64,000 nucleotides of DNA, from the NCBI GenBank assembly GCA_951406725.2, contig OX597824.1:77376001-77440000 (forward strand), read 5' to 3'. This document shows, in pieces, positions 24,795 through 39,356 of this stretch; the first letter of the stretch is position 1; the number at the start of each line of letters is the position of its first letter. The notes beneath the pieces are model-generated. The model was not told the origin of the DNA. It worked only from the letters and a program-made list of their open reading frames with translations, and ran no database searches. Origin of the DNA: Octopus vulgaris (taxonomy: Eukaryota). A program made the position numbers and the translations under genes.

Positions 24795-26251
24795 CTGTAA
24801 CTAATGATGTTATTGTTCACAAATTGTGATAGAAGAGAGAAAAACACCAACACCCACATACTGAATAAGAGCCAGCAAGGAGCTCCCCACTGACATGGAA
24901 GTTGAAACTGCAAGAAATAGCAGTCAAATTTCCTTCAAATCTCAATTTTTGTATCCTTAAAATACAAAAGACTCATTTGGAAAACAGAGAGAAGAATGGT
25001 CATATTTGGAAATTTTCTGACCATAGGTGTACTTGTCAGGAGCTGCCCCGAGGACTAAAACACCAATAACCTGGAACATTCCTAGCAACAAAATTTCTAT
25101 TTATTTACTTAGTGGTACATTTTGCATTTATGGTGGAAGCTAATACACTTCAATTAGTTGTTTCAATGTTATGGAGGAAAAAAAAAAAGTCATGGAGAGA
25201 GCATGTTATTTCATTTACTACACGATCTATAAATGTGTCACGTTCTGTGCTCTTAAATAAGTCAACATTTCCTAAAATATTGTTATTATCATGAATTTAC
25301 TTTTTGCCATACATACATATGCACACGCATGCATTCACGCATGTATATATCTACACATACACACATACACACACATGTGCATATACATTCACATGTTCTT
25401 AAATATGTGTGAGCATGTAGATATATATGTTTAAATATACAGGTGTGTGTATATGTGTGTGAGTGTGTGTGTGTATGTAAACACACTGTCATACACATAT
25501 ATGCAGATACACACAAGCACACATACTTTTATACTGATGATGTTGATGCATAGATAAATATCATTTAATGTCCATTTCCATACTGGCATAGTTTGGATGG
25601 TTCTGTATGAACAGATGAACTAGAGAGCCATTCCAAGTTCAAATGTCTATTTTGGTATGGTTTTGGCAGTTGGATATCCTTCCTAATGCCAACCACTTTA
25701 CAGAGTGTACTGGGTACATTTTTCGTGACACCAACATTGGTGGGGTTGCCAAGCACCCTCAAGACAAGATCCCCCAACTGAATGAGGTATAAAAACGAGG
25801 GATAAGAATTGGGGACTGAGGGATGGGAACAGTGGTCATGCTGAAGAGGTGTGGACACATGGCTTGATCATCAGGAAAGAAAGAGAGAGAGGGAGAGAGA
25901 GAGGGAGAGAGAGGGAGAGGGAGAGAAAGATGTGATATCAAAGTACTAGGTGAATATGGGAGACAGAATAGAATAGAAGAGCAGAAAAAGATGGGTGTGT
26001 AGATAAATGCACAGAGTTGATGCCAGTACTGCCTGACTGCCCCCACCCCCATGCTGGTGGCACATAAGAAAGCACCCACTACACTCTTGGAGTGGTCATC
26101 ATTAGGAAGAGCATCCAGATCAGATTGGAGCCTGGTACAGCCTCCTGGCTTGCCAGTCCTCAGTTACACTGCCCAGCTCATGCCAGCATGGAAAGCAGAT
26201 GATAGATGATGATGTATATATACATACATATGTATATATGTGTGTGTGTGA

Positions 26252-26296
<45 letters not shown>

Positions 26297-26725
26297 CACA
26301 TGTATGCCTGTATATTGATACACACAGACACACACACACATACACACACACACATACACACACACACACAAATCAAATAGTATATAAGATAGACCACAAA
26401 CACTTCACCACAACAACTACTAACAACGGATGCAGCGTGAAGAACATTGTAAAAGAAAGAAAAATGTCATAAGAGATTGATTGAGAGAAGTCAATGTCTT
26501 CCCATTATTAGGTTAGTAGAGTCAAAGTCTGCCAGACTTGAATGTAAGATCAATAGTTTGATACAATCATTTGTAAACAGACTATCGGAATCACAGCTGC
26601 AGAGCGGAACAAAATATCTATAAAAGAGATAATTTCTGGAAGGTTCTTCTGGTTTTGGAAATATCCTCCTCTTATTATTCTGATTCTTCTTATTATTATA
26701 ATAATAATTATTATTATTATTATGA

Positions 26726-26940
26726 AGGCGGCGAGCTTCCAGAATCGTTAGCAAGCTGGCAAAATGCTTAATGGTGTTTTGCCCGTCGCTACGTTCTGAG
26801 TTCAAATTCAACCAATGTTGACTTTACCTTTCATCTTTTTGGGGTCGATAAAATAAGTACCATTTGAAAACTGGGGTTGGTGTAATTGACTCGTCCCTTC
26901 CTACTAAATTGCTGCCCTTGTGGCAAAATTTGAACCTATC
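26726..26940 (+). mobile_element. SINE family E (variant tail)
   Basis: GGCGGCGAGCT..GTTCTGAGTTCAAATT..TTTCATC..GGGGTCGATAAAATAAGTACC. Confidence 0.85.
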
Positions 26941-26965
26941 AATATTATTATTATTATTATTATTA

Positions 26966-26996
<31 letters not shown>

Positions 26997-27053
26997 ACAT
27001 ATGTATATATATATGTATATATATATGTATATATATATGTATATATATACATA

Positions 27054-27135
<82 letters not shown>

Positions 27136-27211
27136 CAGACAGATAAACAAAGGACGAATGAAAGAGAGAGAACTATATATGTATGCATGTGTGTGCAAGT
27201 GTACATAAGTG

Positions 27212-27269
<58 letters not shown>

Positions 27270-27606
27270 CATATACACATATATATCTCTACAGAGAGGG
27301 GGAGAGAGAGAGATAGAAAGATACATATATATATGTATATATAAGGCGTGTGGGTGGGTGTATTTTTATATGAATATATGTGTTTGTGTATTTATGTATC
27401 TATTTGTATGGCCACATATATAAATGTGAATGTGTATGTGGTGTATGTGCAGACACACACACACACACACACACACACGCAAACATATACAGATATATGG
27501 TGTACAGAGAGAGAGTAAACTTCATCACCTAGCTTACTTCATAGTAATTTATGCAGTGGTGCATCATCTTTAACTTAAGCTCTAGGTTGATTTGTTTACG
27601 TATTTG

Positions 27607-27657
<51 letters not shown>

Positions 27658-28058
27658 ATGTATGGAGTTGCGTGCATAATTAAAAGTAATTAGATTTATC
27701 TATGTAAGAAGTGGTTCCATACATGTATGCAGACATAAATTTCTGATCTTCAATTAATGAACTTAGGAAGTGTAGGTAGGAAATTGAAAAAGATCTAGAT
27801 AATAAGCTATAAATAAATTTTTTAAAATATATTCAATGGGCATGGCTGTGTGGTAAGAAGTTTACTTCACAATCATATGGTTCTGAGTTCAGTCTCCCTG
27901 CATGGTACCTTGTGCAAGTGTTTTCTACTCAAGCTCCAGGCAGACCAAAGCTTTGTGACACACAGAGACAGAGAATGAAAAGGGATACATATTTGGTTGC
28001 AGCCATGCAATGAAGTAAGTTAGATATTCAAATAAGTATTTAAATGTTTGATCTTCAG

Positions 28059-28216
28059 TGAATATTACAAGTATTCATCAATGGGTCATTAGCTCTATTG
28101 AATTTGGCATCAGTAAAAACAAATATGATGTTCAAACCTTTCCCAACACCATTGTGGAAGAGAAAGTAAAACACCTGCAAATGGGAATTGAAACCTTTGC
28201 TCCAAAATACCTACAA
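28059..28216 (+). CDS. Candidate internal coding exon, product unknown
   Basis: tgtttgatcttcag|158 bp|gtaagg, open: xNITSIHQWVISSIEFGISKNKYDVQTFPNTIVEEKVKHLQMGIETFAPKYLQ. Non-repetitive; no family recognised. Confidence 0.35.
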
Positions 28217-28281
28217 GTAAGGAATTGAACCTCCATGGTAAAAATCACTTCAATTGTGGTAATCCTATATTCATAGAGTTA

Positions 28282-28313
<32 letters not shown>

Positions 28314-30453
28314 CCTCTCTCTTCACTTTGTCTTTAATTCTTTGTTCTCCATCTCTGTCTTACTTTCACTTTCATTTTCCCCCCCGTCTCCCTGTCTCCT
28401 GTCCCCAGTCCTTTTCCAGAAGGTAACTCTGTCTCTATGTTCACTTTCTTCCTCATGTGCTTTTCTCCATAGTTTTCTTTCTTTGCATTGTCATAATTTA
28501 GATGTCTATCAACCTATTCTATTGTTCTTTCATTGTTGGAAAGATTTACTAATTTATTTTCCCTCTCTTAGAGTTACTTTCATCTGAATACAATCATATT
28601 TCATTTTCCTATCTGGTTTAGCCCTTGTTTAGGTCAAATGCATCTGTATAATCTTCATTCTTGTCATGTGTTCAACCTGTCTAAAGACTAACAACCCCAG
28701 AATACAAGACAATCGGTAGAATTTTTAGACCATTAGTTTGAATGCTTCATACTATTTGTTTCATCTCTCTGTATTCTGAGTTCAAATCTCACCAAGGTGA
28801 ATTTTGCTTTCCATACTTTTGTGGTCCACACACACACACAAATAAATAAAAAGATAAGTAAATGAATACATATATATTTATGTAACTATCCAGACCAGTG
28901 AATTTGTAGAACTATGGTTAGGATGTTGGACTCATGATCGTAAGATTGTGGTTTCAATCCCTACACCAGGTAATGCATTGTTCTAGAGCCCCCCCGCCAA
29001 AAATCATTTCATGTTGTGGGTAAAAATGAGCAATCCTGCAATGGATCAGCATTCCGTTCAGGGAGGAAATTATATGCCAGAAAAACTGGGGGATCTGGTC
29101 TTATGCTCCTTACAGAGTAATGTAGACTAACCATACTGTTCTTGAGCAAAACAAACCATTTCACGTTACTCTAGTCCACTCAGCTGGTAAAAATGAATAA
29201 TCCTGCAATGGGCTGGTGTCCCATCCAGGGGGAAATATAAATATATACACCAGAAAAAAAAAAACAGGAAACCAGCCCTGTCCTCATTATGGAGTAATGT
29301 GAAATAATCATGAATGTTGGAGAAGATGTCTTGTGGTACTTGTGCTTGCTCTTCAAATCCAGCCGCATCCTGCTTAGGTGATAGACTTAATCTGTCACTT
29401 GGCTTAACACCACTACCTTGAGCCTTGGGGACCTTCAGTGGGCCTGGCTTTTTTACAAGCATTCAGACCATGTCTCCAGTTTGAGGAATACCATCCTTCC
29501 TCTCTCTCTCTCTCCTCCAAACAGAATCATGGAATCTACCCTCTCTCCTGACGAAAAGATAAACACAAATAACACAAGTAATTATACTGAAGAAGTATTG
29601 TAGATTTAGGTTTATATAATTTGGAATGTTTTGTCAGAATGCAGTAAATTTAACTTTGCTTCACTACTTGAGAATATTAACATTTTCAAGTAGATTAGTA
29701 CTCTATTGATATAGTGTCTTTCATCTACCTGTTTAACGATAGGAAATCAGTTGCAGTCTATACAAAATTTGTCGCATTTTACTTTTAGCCAACACATATT
29801 TAAACATTTTAGCATTCAAAGAATTGATTTTTTTTTCTTGTATCAATTGTTAAGTCAGTAGCTAGTACATTGGCTTGTTCTTATCAGATATTATCTTGAT
29901 TTATGCGGTATAGGCATGGGTATATGCTTAACTAAACTTAACTATACAGCCACGTGGTTCTATATACGCACTCCTACTATACAGCCAGTGTCTTTTACTG
30001 CAGCCTCAAATTAATCAATGCCTTATGAGCATAATTTGGCAAATGAAAACTGTACTGAAGCCAATTGTATATGTCTGTTTATTTAGGTGTTCCTTTATTT
30101 CTTGGTTGGTATATTTAATCTGTTGCTTAGTGTGGCACTACCACATGTTTGTTTCTTGGGTGTTTTTAGAGAAGTAAATTCTTTTGCAATCATTTCAGTC
30201 AGGTCCCTACTATAACTATAATTTCCAACCTCCTATCGACATCAGGTGCTCTGCAATGAATTATGAACGTTCCCTTTACCCCTGACTTAGCACTAAAAAG
30301 AGAAGAAAACAAACACTGCTTCTAAGGGTCAAAATGATTTCAATTGAAGAGTAATCCGTGTTCTGTGTTTGTTTTTGTTTTTCATTTTCCCATACATAGT
30401 AAACATAGTAACTGCTGATTTCCTTGGGCCATTATAAAATATATATCCATATG

Positions 30454-30499
<46 letters not shown>

Positions 30500-31560
30500 C
30501 ACAGACACACACACATCTTTTTGATATACATAAATGTCTCCCAAAATAAACTTGCCTTTTAATTTTGAAGGTCTTAAGAAGCTTTAAGTGCACCGCATCT
30601 TGTAGCAGAAACAGCTGTAAGCTAATGGAGTTGTATATATGTTGTATATATATATGTGTGTGTGTGTGTAGATTTGAGCATGTGAGTGTGCTGAAAGTCT
30701 TAGCCATCACTTGTAGGCAAATATAACCTGGCAACTTGTGTCCTTGACCCAGTGGAGCATCAAGGATGACACAAATAGAGGGAAAGAAAGCTACATCAGC
30801 ACTAGGTTGATACCAATTTGCACGTGGGTAGAATCAAACAACATGAAATGAGAGATCTTGTTCAAGGACATAGTCTACTGCCTGACCTGAGAATTGAACC
30901 CATACAATGACATTATGACTGTGAGTGCAATTCTAACCATTTGGTCATATGCCTTTCATACTCAATATGTATGTGCGCGCGTGTGTGTGTGTACACATAC
31001 ATACATACACGCATGCACATGTGCGTGCACACACATAAATGATCAGCATACTTAATCAATGTTTTACAGGTGTTTACCAGATATAGGTGATTATAAATAT
31101 CTTGAAGATCAATATTTGCTAAGTATATTCTACAAAACCACCACCACCACATCCACCACATCCACCACATCCACCGCTACCATCACAATCTTCCCCGCTA
31201 TCATCAGTACAATTAATATTACTAGCTCACTACCAGCACACCAGTCACCAGTCTCAACTAACACCAACCACCAGCACCAGTTCCACCACCACCAACAACA
31301 ACAACAATGACAACAACAACAAACAACATGAGCATTACTGCTATCATTTTATTAGCCCCACCTCAACTATTACTACCACCATTTACATACTGATGTGGAT
31401 ATATAAATATATAGGTATAAGTGAAAGACTTCTGCACACTTTCCTTCAGTCAAATTCCATTCACTGGGCATTGGTCACTTCAAGAATATACAGCAAAATA
31501 CTTGACGAAGGCACCATTCAATGGTAACTGACTCAGAACCATATATAGCTGCAAAGAGAA

Positions 31561-32447
31561 ATTTCTGGGAAATTTCTTAGACATGTAGTCATGCCTAATG
31601 GGACCCTCACTAAGACTGTTCAACAAGCTAGCTAGAAATAGCAGTCAAATCACACTTAACTCATATACCTACCATCTAACAAAAGGGTATTATTGTAACC
31701 CTTAATTGATTTTTGTAATCTCTGATGTACAGTTTTAAAAACAAGATGAATTGGTCATGACTGGAATGTATTTCTGGGAAATTTCTTAGACATGTAGTCA
31801 TGCCTAATGGGACCCTCACTAAGACTGTTCAACAAGCTAGCTAGAAATAGCAGTCAAATCACACTTAAGTCATTTACCTACCATCTAACAAAAGAGTATC
31901 ATTGGAACCCTGAATTGATTTTTGTAATCTCTGATGTACAGTTTTAAAAACAAGATGAATTGGTCATGACTGGAATGCGTTTCTGGGAACTTTCTTAGAC
32001 ATGTAGTCATGCCTGCTGGGATCCTCACTAAGACTGTTCAACAAGCTAGCTAGAAATAGCAGTCAAATCACACTTAACTCATATACCTACCATCTAACAA
32101 AAGGGTATTATTGTAACCCTTAATTGATTTTTGTAATCTCTGATGTACAGTTTTAAAAACAAGATGAATTGGTCATGACTGGAATGCATTTCTGGGAAAT
32201 TTCTTAGACATGTAGTCATGCCTGCTGGGACCCTCACTAAGACTGTTCAACAAGCTAGCTAGAAATAGCAGTAAAATCACACTTAAGTCATATACATCAT
32301 CATCATCGTTTAACGTCCGTTCTCCATGCTAGCACGGGTTGGACTACCATCTAACAAAAGGGTATTATTGTAACCCTTAATTGATTTTTGTAATCTCTGA
32401 TGTACAGTTTTATAAACAAGATGGATTGGTCATAACTGGAATGCATT
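31561..32447. repeat. 209-bp tandem repeat, 4 copies
   Basis: Units start at 31561, 31770, 31979 and 32188; unit 4 carries a 48-bp insert. Confidence 0.97.
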
Positions 32448-33505
32448 GATCTTTCCATTGATCTATCATGACTGGTCTGTCCATACATACAGAGATAACT
32501 TAGAGCTAAATAACATCAGCAGTGTCATCAATCATATTAATTACATTGATGTGACTATACATTTGGCACTTTTACATCCCTTTTGAGTTCCTTAAATATC
32601 TCTGGTGCTTTAAAGTGTAGTTATTTTATTTTGTTTATTTATATAAATTTCTTTTCCAATTTTTTTTTTTACAAATTCGACAACTTTTTGGAGCTTCACC
32701 AAAAACTAGTTTACCGCTCCAAAAAAATTTTTTTTAATTTTTTAGTTTAGAAATGGTGTCCTTAATATAATTATAATTTTGAGGTCAGTTCGGAGGATTG
32801 GCAGAATTGTTAGAATGTTGGACAAAAGGTCTTACCATTTATATACACACATATACTTTTATCCACACACACACACACACACATATATAAATGTGTATGT
32901 TGGTGGGGGGTTGGTTGTATGTTTAAAAAGCTTGTGAGTGCACACATGGTTGTGTGATTAAGAAAATAACGGCTTTTTAAAACTTTTATTAAGATCTCTT
33001 CCTATCACTTTACACAAGGAAAATACTTTTTTCAGGAGTGGCTGTGTGGTAAGTAACTTGCTTATCAACCACATGGTTCCGTGTTCAGTCCTTCTGCGTG
33101 GCACCTTGGGCAAGTGTCTTCTACTATAGCTTCAAGCTGACCAAAGCCTTGTGAGTGGGTTTGGTGGACAGAAACTGAAAGAAGCCCATCGTTTATATAT
33201 AAGGTTGTTTATGGAAGACCAGCAGGTGCCCATACCGGTCTTCCCTCGCCACAGCACTAATGTTATCCAAGGAAAAGGCAATGGCCAATTCAGCTTGGCA
33301 CCAGTGACATCACAACTCATTTCTACAGCTGAGTAAACTGGAGCAATTTCAAATAAAGTGCCTTGCTCAAGAACATAACATACAGCCTGGTCTGAGAATC
33401 AAACTCATTACTTTGTGGTTGTGAGCCCAGTGCTCTAACCATTGAGCAATGCACCTTCACCTCAAATTTATCAAATGTAATGCTTGTTTATTCAAATTGT
33501 TTTAA

Positions 33506-33726
33506 CCCTTTAGTGTTCGCATTATTCTGCCAAAATTAATCCTTTTTTATCTACATTGCTTTGAACTAATCATGCATTATCTTGTAGCGACGAGATTTTG
33601 ATGAGGTAGCTGTTAATTTTTAAAACGATATTGTAGGGTTAGTGTGAGAGACCAGATATGGCCAGTTTGAACATAAAACAGGCAGAATACTTCTAGTCGG
33701 ATATGGCCAGTTTAAATGCTAAAGGA
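33506..33726. mobile_element. piggyBac-type MITE, TTAA-flanked, nested in an older relative
   Basis: TTAA-CCCTTTAGTGTT...AATGCTAAAGGA-TTAA; outer copy at ~33465-33505 plus 33731-33887. Confidence 0.8.
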
Positions 33727-33970
33727 TTAAATTAATCAAGCATTATCTTGTAGCTTTCAGATTTTGATGATATGATTGTTATATGAAGAATGACATTGTA
33801 GGGTAGGTGTGAAAGGCCAGATTTGAATGTAAAACAAATGAAATATTTGGGCCAGATAGTATTGGTCTCAAGCACTAAAGAGTTAACCTGGAAGATGGAT
33901 TCAGATGTAACTATCATACATACATTCTAACAGGCTTCTCTGCATTTTCTGTCTATCCAGTTTTACTTAA

Positions 33971-34190
33971 CCCTTTAGTGTTTAAACCAGCCATACTAGG
34001 CCAAAATTGTCTTCCTGTTTTATGCTCAAACCAGCCAGCTCTGACCTCTCACACCTACCCTACAAAGTCATTCTAAAAATAAACAGGGACATCATCAAAA
34101 TCTCAGAGTTACAAGATGCTGTACAATTAATTTAAAACAATGTGATTAAACAGGCTTTACATTTGACAGAGTAATCTGAATGCTAAAGGG
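33971..34190. mobile_element. piggyBac-type MITE (220 bp) inserted in a SINE A
   Basis: TTAA-CCCTTTAGTGTT...AATGCTAAAGGG-TTAA; opposite orientation to the 33506 copy. A fragment also occurs at 360-466. Confidence 0.88.
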
Positions 34191-34709
34191 TTAAACAGCT
34201 TTCGGTTGCCTGAAGCTATTGTAGAACAAACATATTTATTTCCTCAAGCTGCCATTCACTTGGCTTAAGCGCAGAACCATTTAATTGTGAAGCAAAACTT
34301 TTGTAACCATACAGCAGTCCTTTCAGCCTTTATTATGAACAAGAATAAACTAGTAATCAATGAAGAAGAGAAATTATTTCCAATAGGAATCAAATGATAT
34401 AAAAATTGATATGCTGGAATCAATATTTAGAACTAAGCTAACGTATTACTAAAGCAAAGAAACAGAAGCTGTGCAGCAGGATGAGTCAGTAGCCGTGATG
34501 CGGATGGACTGACTACCATCGAAAAGCTTGAGTACATATACCGTATCATTGATGTGGTAATGTAATAAGTAGATACCACATAATGGATGCGGTTCATTGT
34601 CTGTCACAACCATTGGCAGAAATGAAGAATTGAGAGTTTTATTAAACTCCACAATTGAGTGATAGACTTATATATTACATAATACAAATACACATGCTAA
34701 CACACGTAC

Positions 34710-35302
34710 ACTCTTTTACTTTTTTACTTGTTTCAGTCATTTGACTGTGGCCATGCTGGAGCACCGCCCTTAGTCGAGCAAATCGACCCCCAGGACTTAT
34801 TCTTTGTAAGCCCAGTACTTATTCTATCGGTCTCTTTTGTCCGATAGAATTAATTTATGTCTTGCTACATACATCCTTCTGGAAATGTTTTAAATTAATT
34901 AACGTTCACAACAGCAACATATTCCTTTACTCTTTTACTTGTTTCAGTCATTTGACTGCGGCCATGCTGGAGCACCGCCTTTGTAAGCCTAGTACTTATT
35001 CTATCGGCCTTTTTTGCCGAACTGCTAAGTTACGGGGATGGAAACACACACTGCCTTCGGTTGTCAAGCAATGTTGGGGGGACAATCACAGACACACAAA
35101 CATATACACACGCATACATATATATACACATATATATAAAACAGGCTTTCCTTCAGTTTCCGTCTACCAAATTGACTCACAAGGCTTTGGTCAGGCCGAG
35201 GCTATAGTAGAAGACACTTGCCCAAGGTGCCATGCAGTGTGACTGAACCCGGAACCATGTGGTTGGTAAGCAAGCTACTTACCACATAGCCACTCCTGCA
35301 CC
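34710..35302 (-). mobile_element. SINE family A (34925-35302) plus a separate 3' fragment (34710-34840)
   Basis: Matches family A. Confidence 0.88.
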
Positions 35303-35462
35303 TTGAAAAACATTATTTGTATATGTATGCATTTATATGTGCATATTTATTCACATATACACACATATTACACAAATATATCTGTAAATACATGTATATA
35401 TATATATATATATATATGTGTGTATATATATATGTGTGTGTGTATATATACATACATACATT

Positions 35463-35496
<34 letters not shown>

Positions 35497-35581
35497 CACA
35501 CACACACACACACACTCACAAACACACATATATACCTTAGACAAACATGCATGTGCACATGCACAAATACACACATACACA

Positions 35582-35634
<53 letters not shown>

Positions 35635-35829
35635 TGATGAACTCATCAGTACGAAGGGTGTGGTTTTTTATGACCGATATATTTTCTGGGTTTACAGGTT
35701 TTTGGCGGGAATCTAGTCAAAATACCACCAAATCCTCATGTTCGTCACGTTTTTCTCCAATTCTTCCTCTCTTTCACACCCACACTTTCTGCAACTCTCT
35801 CTCTATCCCCCTCTGTCTCTCTCCCTCTG

Positions 35830-35860
<31 letters not shown>

Positions 35861-36535
35861 TCTCCTCCCTGTCTTTATTTACCTTCAGTGTCCTCATTTA
35901 TCAAGTACCATCCACTTCTTCACCTTTCCCAATATGTAAATGCCACAAATATCCAAGCGAAATTCATCAATTTCAGACAAGTAATGCTTCAAATTTTACA
36001 TTTAGGCAAATTGAAAAATGGCATAGAGACTTACTTATCATGTCTCATTTGAGATGGGAGAGATGCCTTTCAAATTAGTTTAGATACAATACATCTTGCT
36101 TTTATTTATATTTTTCCTTGCTAATTTAAGAGAGAGAGAGAGACAGAGAGATGGACAGATAGAGATTCACAGGAACAGAGAGAGAGAGAAGGACAAGGAG
36201 ATAGGCAATGGCAGAGGGCAGAGAAAGAAAGACAAGGAGAGAAAAAGAAACAGACTGAATATCAGGCACTCTGTAATTCTGTAATGTATTCTGTAGCGTA
36301 GTCACTGGAATTGCAATACATACATCATACACATGTGTATATGTGTGTATATATACATATACATATGTATATATTCATGCATACATACAAACACACACAC
36401 ACACATATATATATACATATACATACACACACATATATATATATAGATATATGTATATATATATATGTATGTATATATGACTATATATATATATATATAT
36501 ATATATGCTAACACACACATACACAAGTATATGCA

Positions 36536-36572
<37 letters not shown>

Positions 36573-37925
36573 TCATCATTATCATAATCAAAATCATTTA
36601 GTGTCAGTTTTCCAGGCTGGCATACATACATACATACATACATACATACATACATACATACTACATACATACATAAATGCATACATACATACATACACAC
36701 ATACTACATACATACACACATACTACATACATACCTAAATGCATACATACATACAGACTTACATACACGCATGCAAACATACATACACACACACATACAT
36801 ACATACATATATACATACATACATACATACATGCATGCATACATACACACACACACACACACATACACGTGTTTGTTTCAAGATGGGTAAGAGGTCTGTT
36901 GTCCTCTCTTTCTTCCTCTCAAACTGGTGCTTAATATATCTAATATCCTTTCAGACTGGAAATCTTAGCAGTTTACTAATTGGATTCATAAGGCTATTTC
37001 TCATTGTAAACAGATTTAACCCTATAAATGCTTATTGTTAAATGACCGTTGGTACTTCGAAAACTACACTCTTAATGGAAGACAATGTTAACATAGAAAG
37101 CCTAGTTAAACATGAAGGGATTCTTTCTACCTGTTTGAACAACATTATCGGATTTAAACAATCAAATATCTGGGAGCTACTGGAAGATTATTGAAATTTG
37201 AATAATTTATGCAAGTATTTGAATAGGAACGAGTATAGAGGTATGGTTAAGAAGTTTACATTGCATCCATGTAGTTCCTTATAATTTGGACAAGTGTCTT
37301 TTACTCTTGCCATTTGTTGAGCAAGACCATTCAGGTAGAATTTAGAAACCAGCCTTTATCGGTAATCTTTTACTTGTTTTGTTCAATGGGCTGTGGCCAA
37401 GCTGGAGCACTGCCTTGAAGGGTTTAGTTGGACAAATTGACCCTGGTGGTTATATATATTTTAAAGACTCATACTTATTCTATCGTTTCGCTTTTTGCTG
37501 AACGGCTAGCTTATGGGGTCATCAACTAACCAACATCAGTTGTCATGTGATGATGAAGGACAAATGCACATGAACACACACACACACACATACAAACACA
37601 CACACACACACACACACTTACATACACACACTTACATACACACACACGCACATGCACACACACACAACATGTTTGATAGAACATGAGGCAAGTGAAGTGA
37701 ACAGGGCTTGAGTAGATGTGGCATTAGATCAGTGAGTTCCAAGAAGGCACCAACATTCTCGTGGTTAAAAAATCAGAGTGAGAACACAGCACGTTGGTTG
37801 TTTATTTGTAGAATTAGGTCTACCTTGTTTATTGGCACCAAAGTTCCTATGACTATTGTTTCCAAAACTAAGAAATTTGACTCCAACCAGTCTCTCTCTC
37901 TTTCTCCCCCTCCCTCTCTCTCTCC

Positions 37926-37989
<64 letters not shown>

Positions 37990-38410
37990 CACAGATATAC
38001 ACACGCTCTCTTAAATCTAAATTCTCTTTGCAATATAAAACAGTCCATTCTAGAGAACAAAATCTGACATATGGTATTCAGGACTAAACTAGACATAGAG
38101 TCTTTGATGTAGAGGTAGGAGGATGTGTGTATATGTGTGTGTATGTGTGTGGGTGGGTGTACCTATGTGTGTGTGTGAGTGTGGATGGGTGGGTTTTGGG
38201 TGTACCTATGTGTGTGTGTGAGTATGTGTGTGTTAGTATGTAGAAGAAATAGAAAGAGAAAGTGGATCTTGCATGTGTGCATATGTGTCTGTCTGAATGT
38301 GAGTGTGACTCTGTGTGTATGTATGTGTGTGTGTGTCCATGTGTGCATATATATGCATGTATGTGTTAGAATGTAGGAGAAACTGAACATGTGCCTCTGT
38401 GTCTGTCTGA

Positions 38411-38451
<41 letters not shown>

Positions 38452-39284
38452 CATGCATGTGTTTGAGTTGTACCTGAGTTAGGTTGTGTAAGAAAGAAAC
38501 ACAGTCATTTATGGTATGTTTGTGTGTATGAGTGCAAGAGTTAAAGTGTACTAGAAAGAGAAAAAGAGAGTTATTTAATGTGTGTATATGTGTGAATAAG
38601 GTAGATAGGAAGAGAGAGAGAGAGAGAGAGAGCATGAATATATATGAAAGGGTAAGCATCTGAGAGTGTGTACTTGTGAGAGTGGCAGAATGACCATATA
38701 TGCATATATGTATGTAAGCATCTACGAGTGAACGTATATGCGTAGTTTGTGTGTGATAACAGTCAATATGTTCTTTTGATAATGTGTTTGTGTTGTGAGA
38801 CAGTAGGAATGTACGAGTGTATATATTTTGTTTATGTGCATCTGTGCCTGTAAAAATTTGTATTCATGTCCATATGTGTATATGTGAAGTTTTGTGTTGT
38901 CTGTTATGTATGAGAGTGAGTGTGTGTGTGTGTGTTTTAGAAAGTGGTTTGGTTGAGGTTTTACTATGCTTGTGAAGAATGAATGAAAGAGGTTTTTTTA
39001 TGATACAAAGACAGATATTAAAAGGCACAGAAACAGAGAAAGAGAGAGCAATGAAAAGAGGAAGGGAGAGAGAAATATATACATGTATGTATGTGCAAAT
39101 ACATACATACATATATATATTAAATTCAACTTATGTCGAAAGTCAAGAAACAAAGTTTGCTTTAAAAGTGTTGAGGTGTATTGAAAGATACGGATAAGGA
39201 AATAATTTTATTCTCGAACGCAGGAGAATGCTAATGATATACCATGACCAGTATAAACTATCCATATTTTGCAGAAAAATCTAT

Positions 39285-39356
39285 CGGCAGCCATGGGACT
39301 TGAACTCGCATCCCTGTGATTACACGTCAAGAGCTTTACCAGTAAGCTAAACTGCC
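39285..39356 (-). pseudogene. tRNA-Thr(TGT)-like pseudogene
   Basis: GGCAGTT/GGCTGCC acceptor stem, D arm GCTT/AAGC, loop CG-TGT-AA, GTTCAAGTCC B box and downstream T5. Anticodon and T stems are mismatched. Confidence 0.65.

Noticed and set aside
29166-29550. 98-aa minus ORF and strong acceptor at ~29548
   Set aside because: The ORF runs into a SINE, and the frames after the acceptor stop quickly.
34449-34652. Unique island with a 67-aa minus ORF and the plus peptide DGLTTIEKLEYIYRIIDV
   Set aside because: No adequate acceptor on either strand and no recognisable domain.
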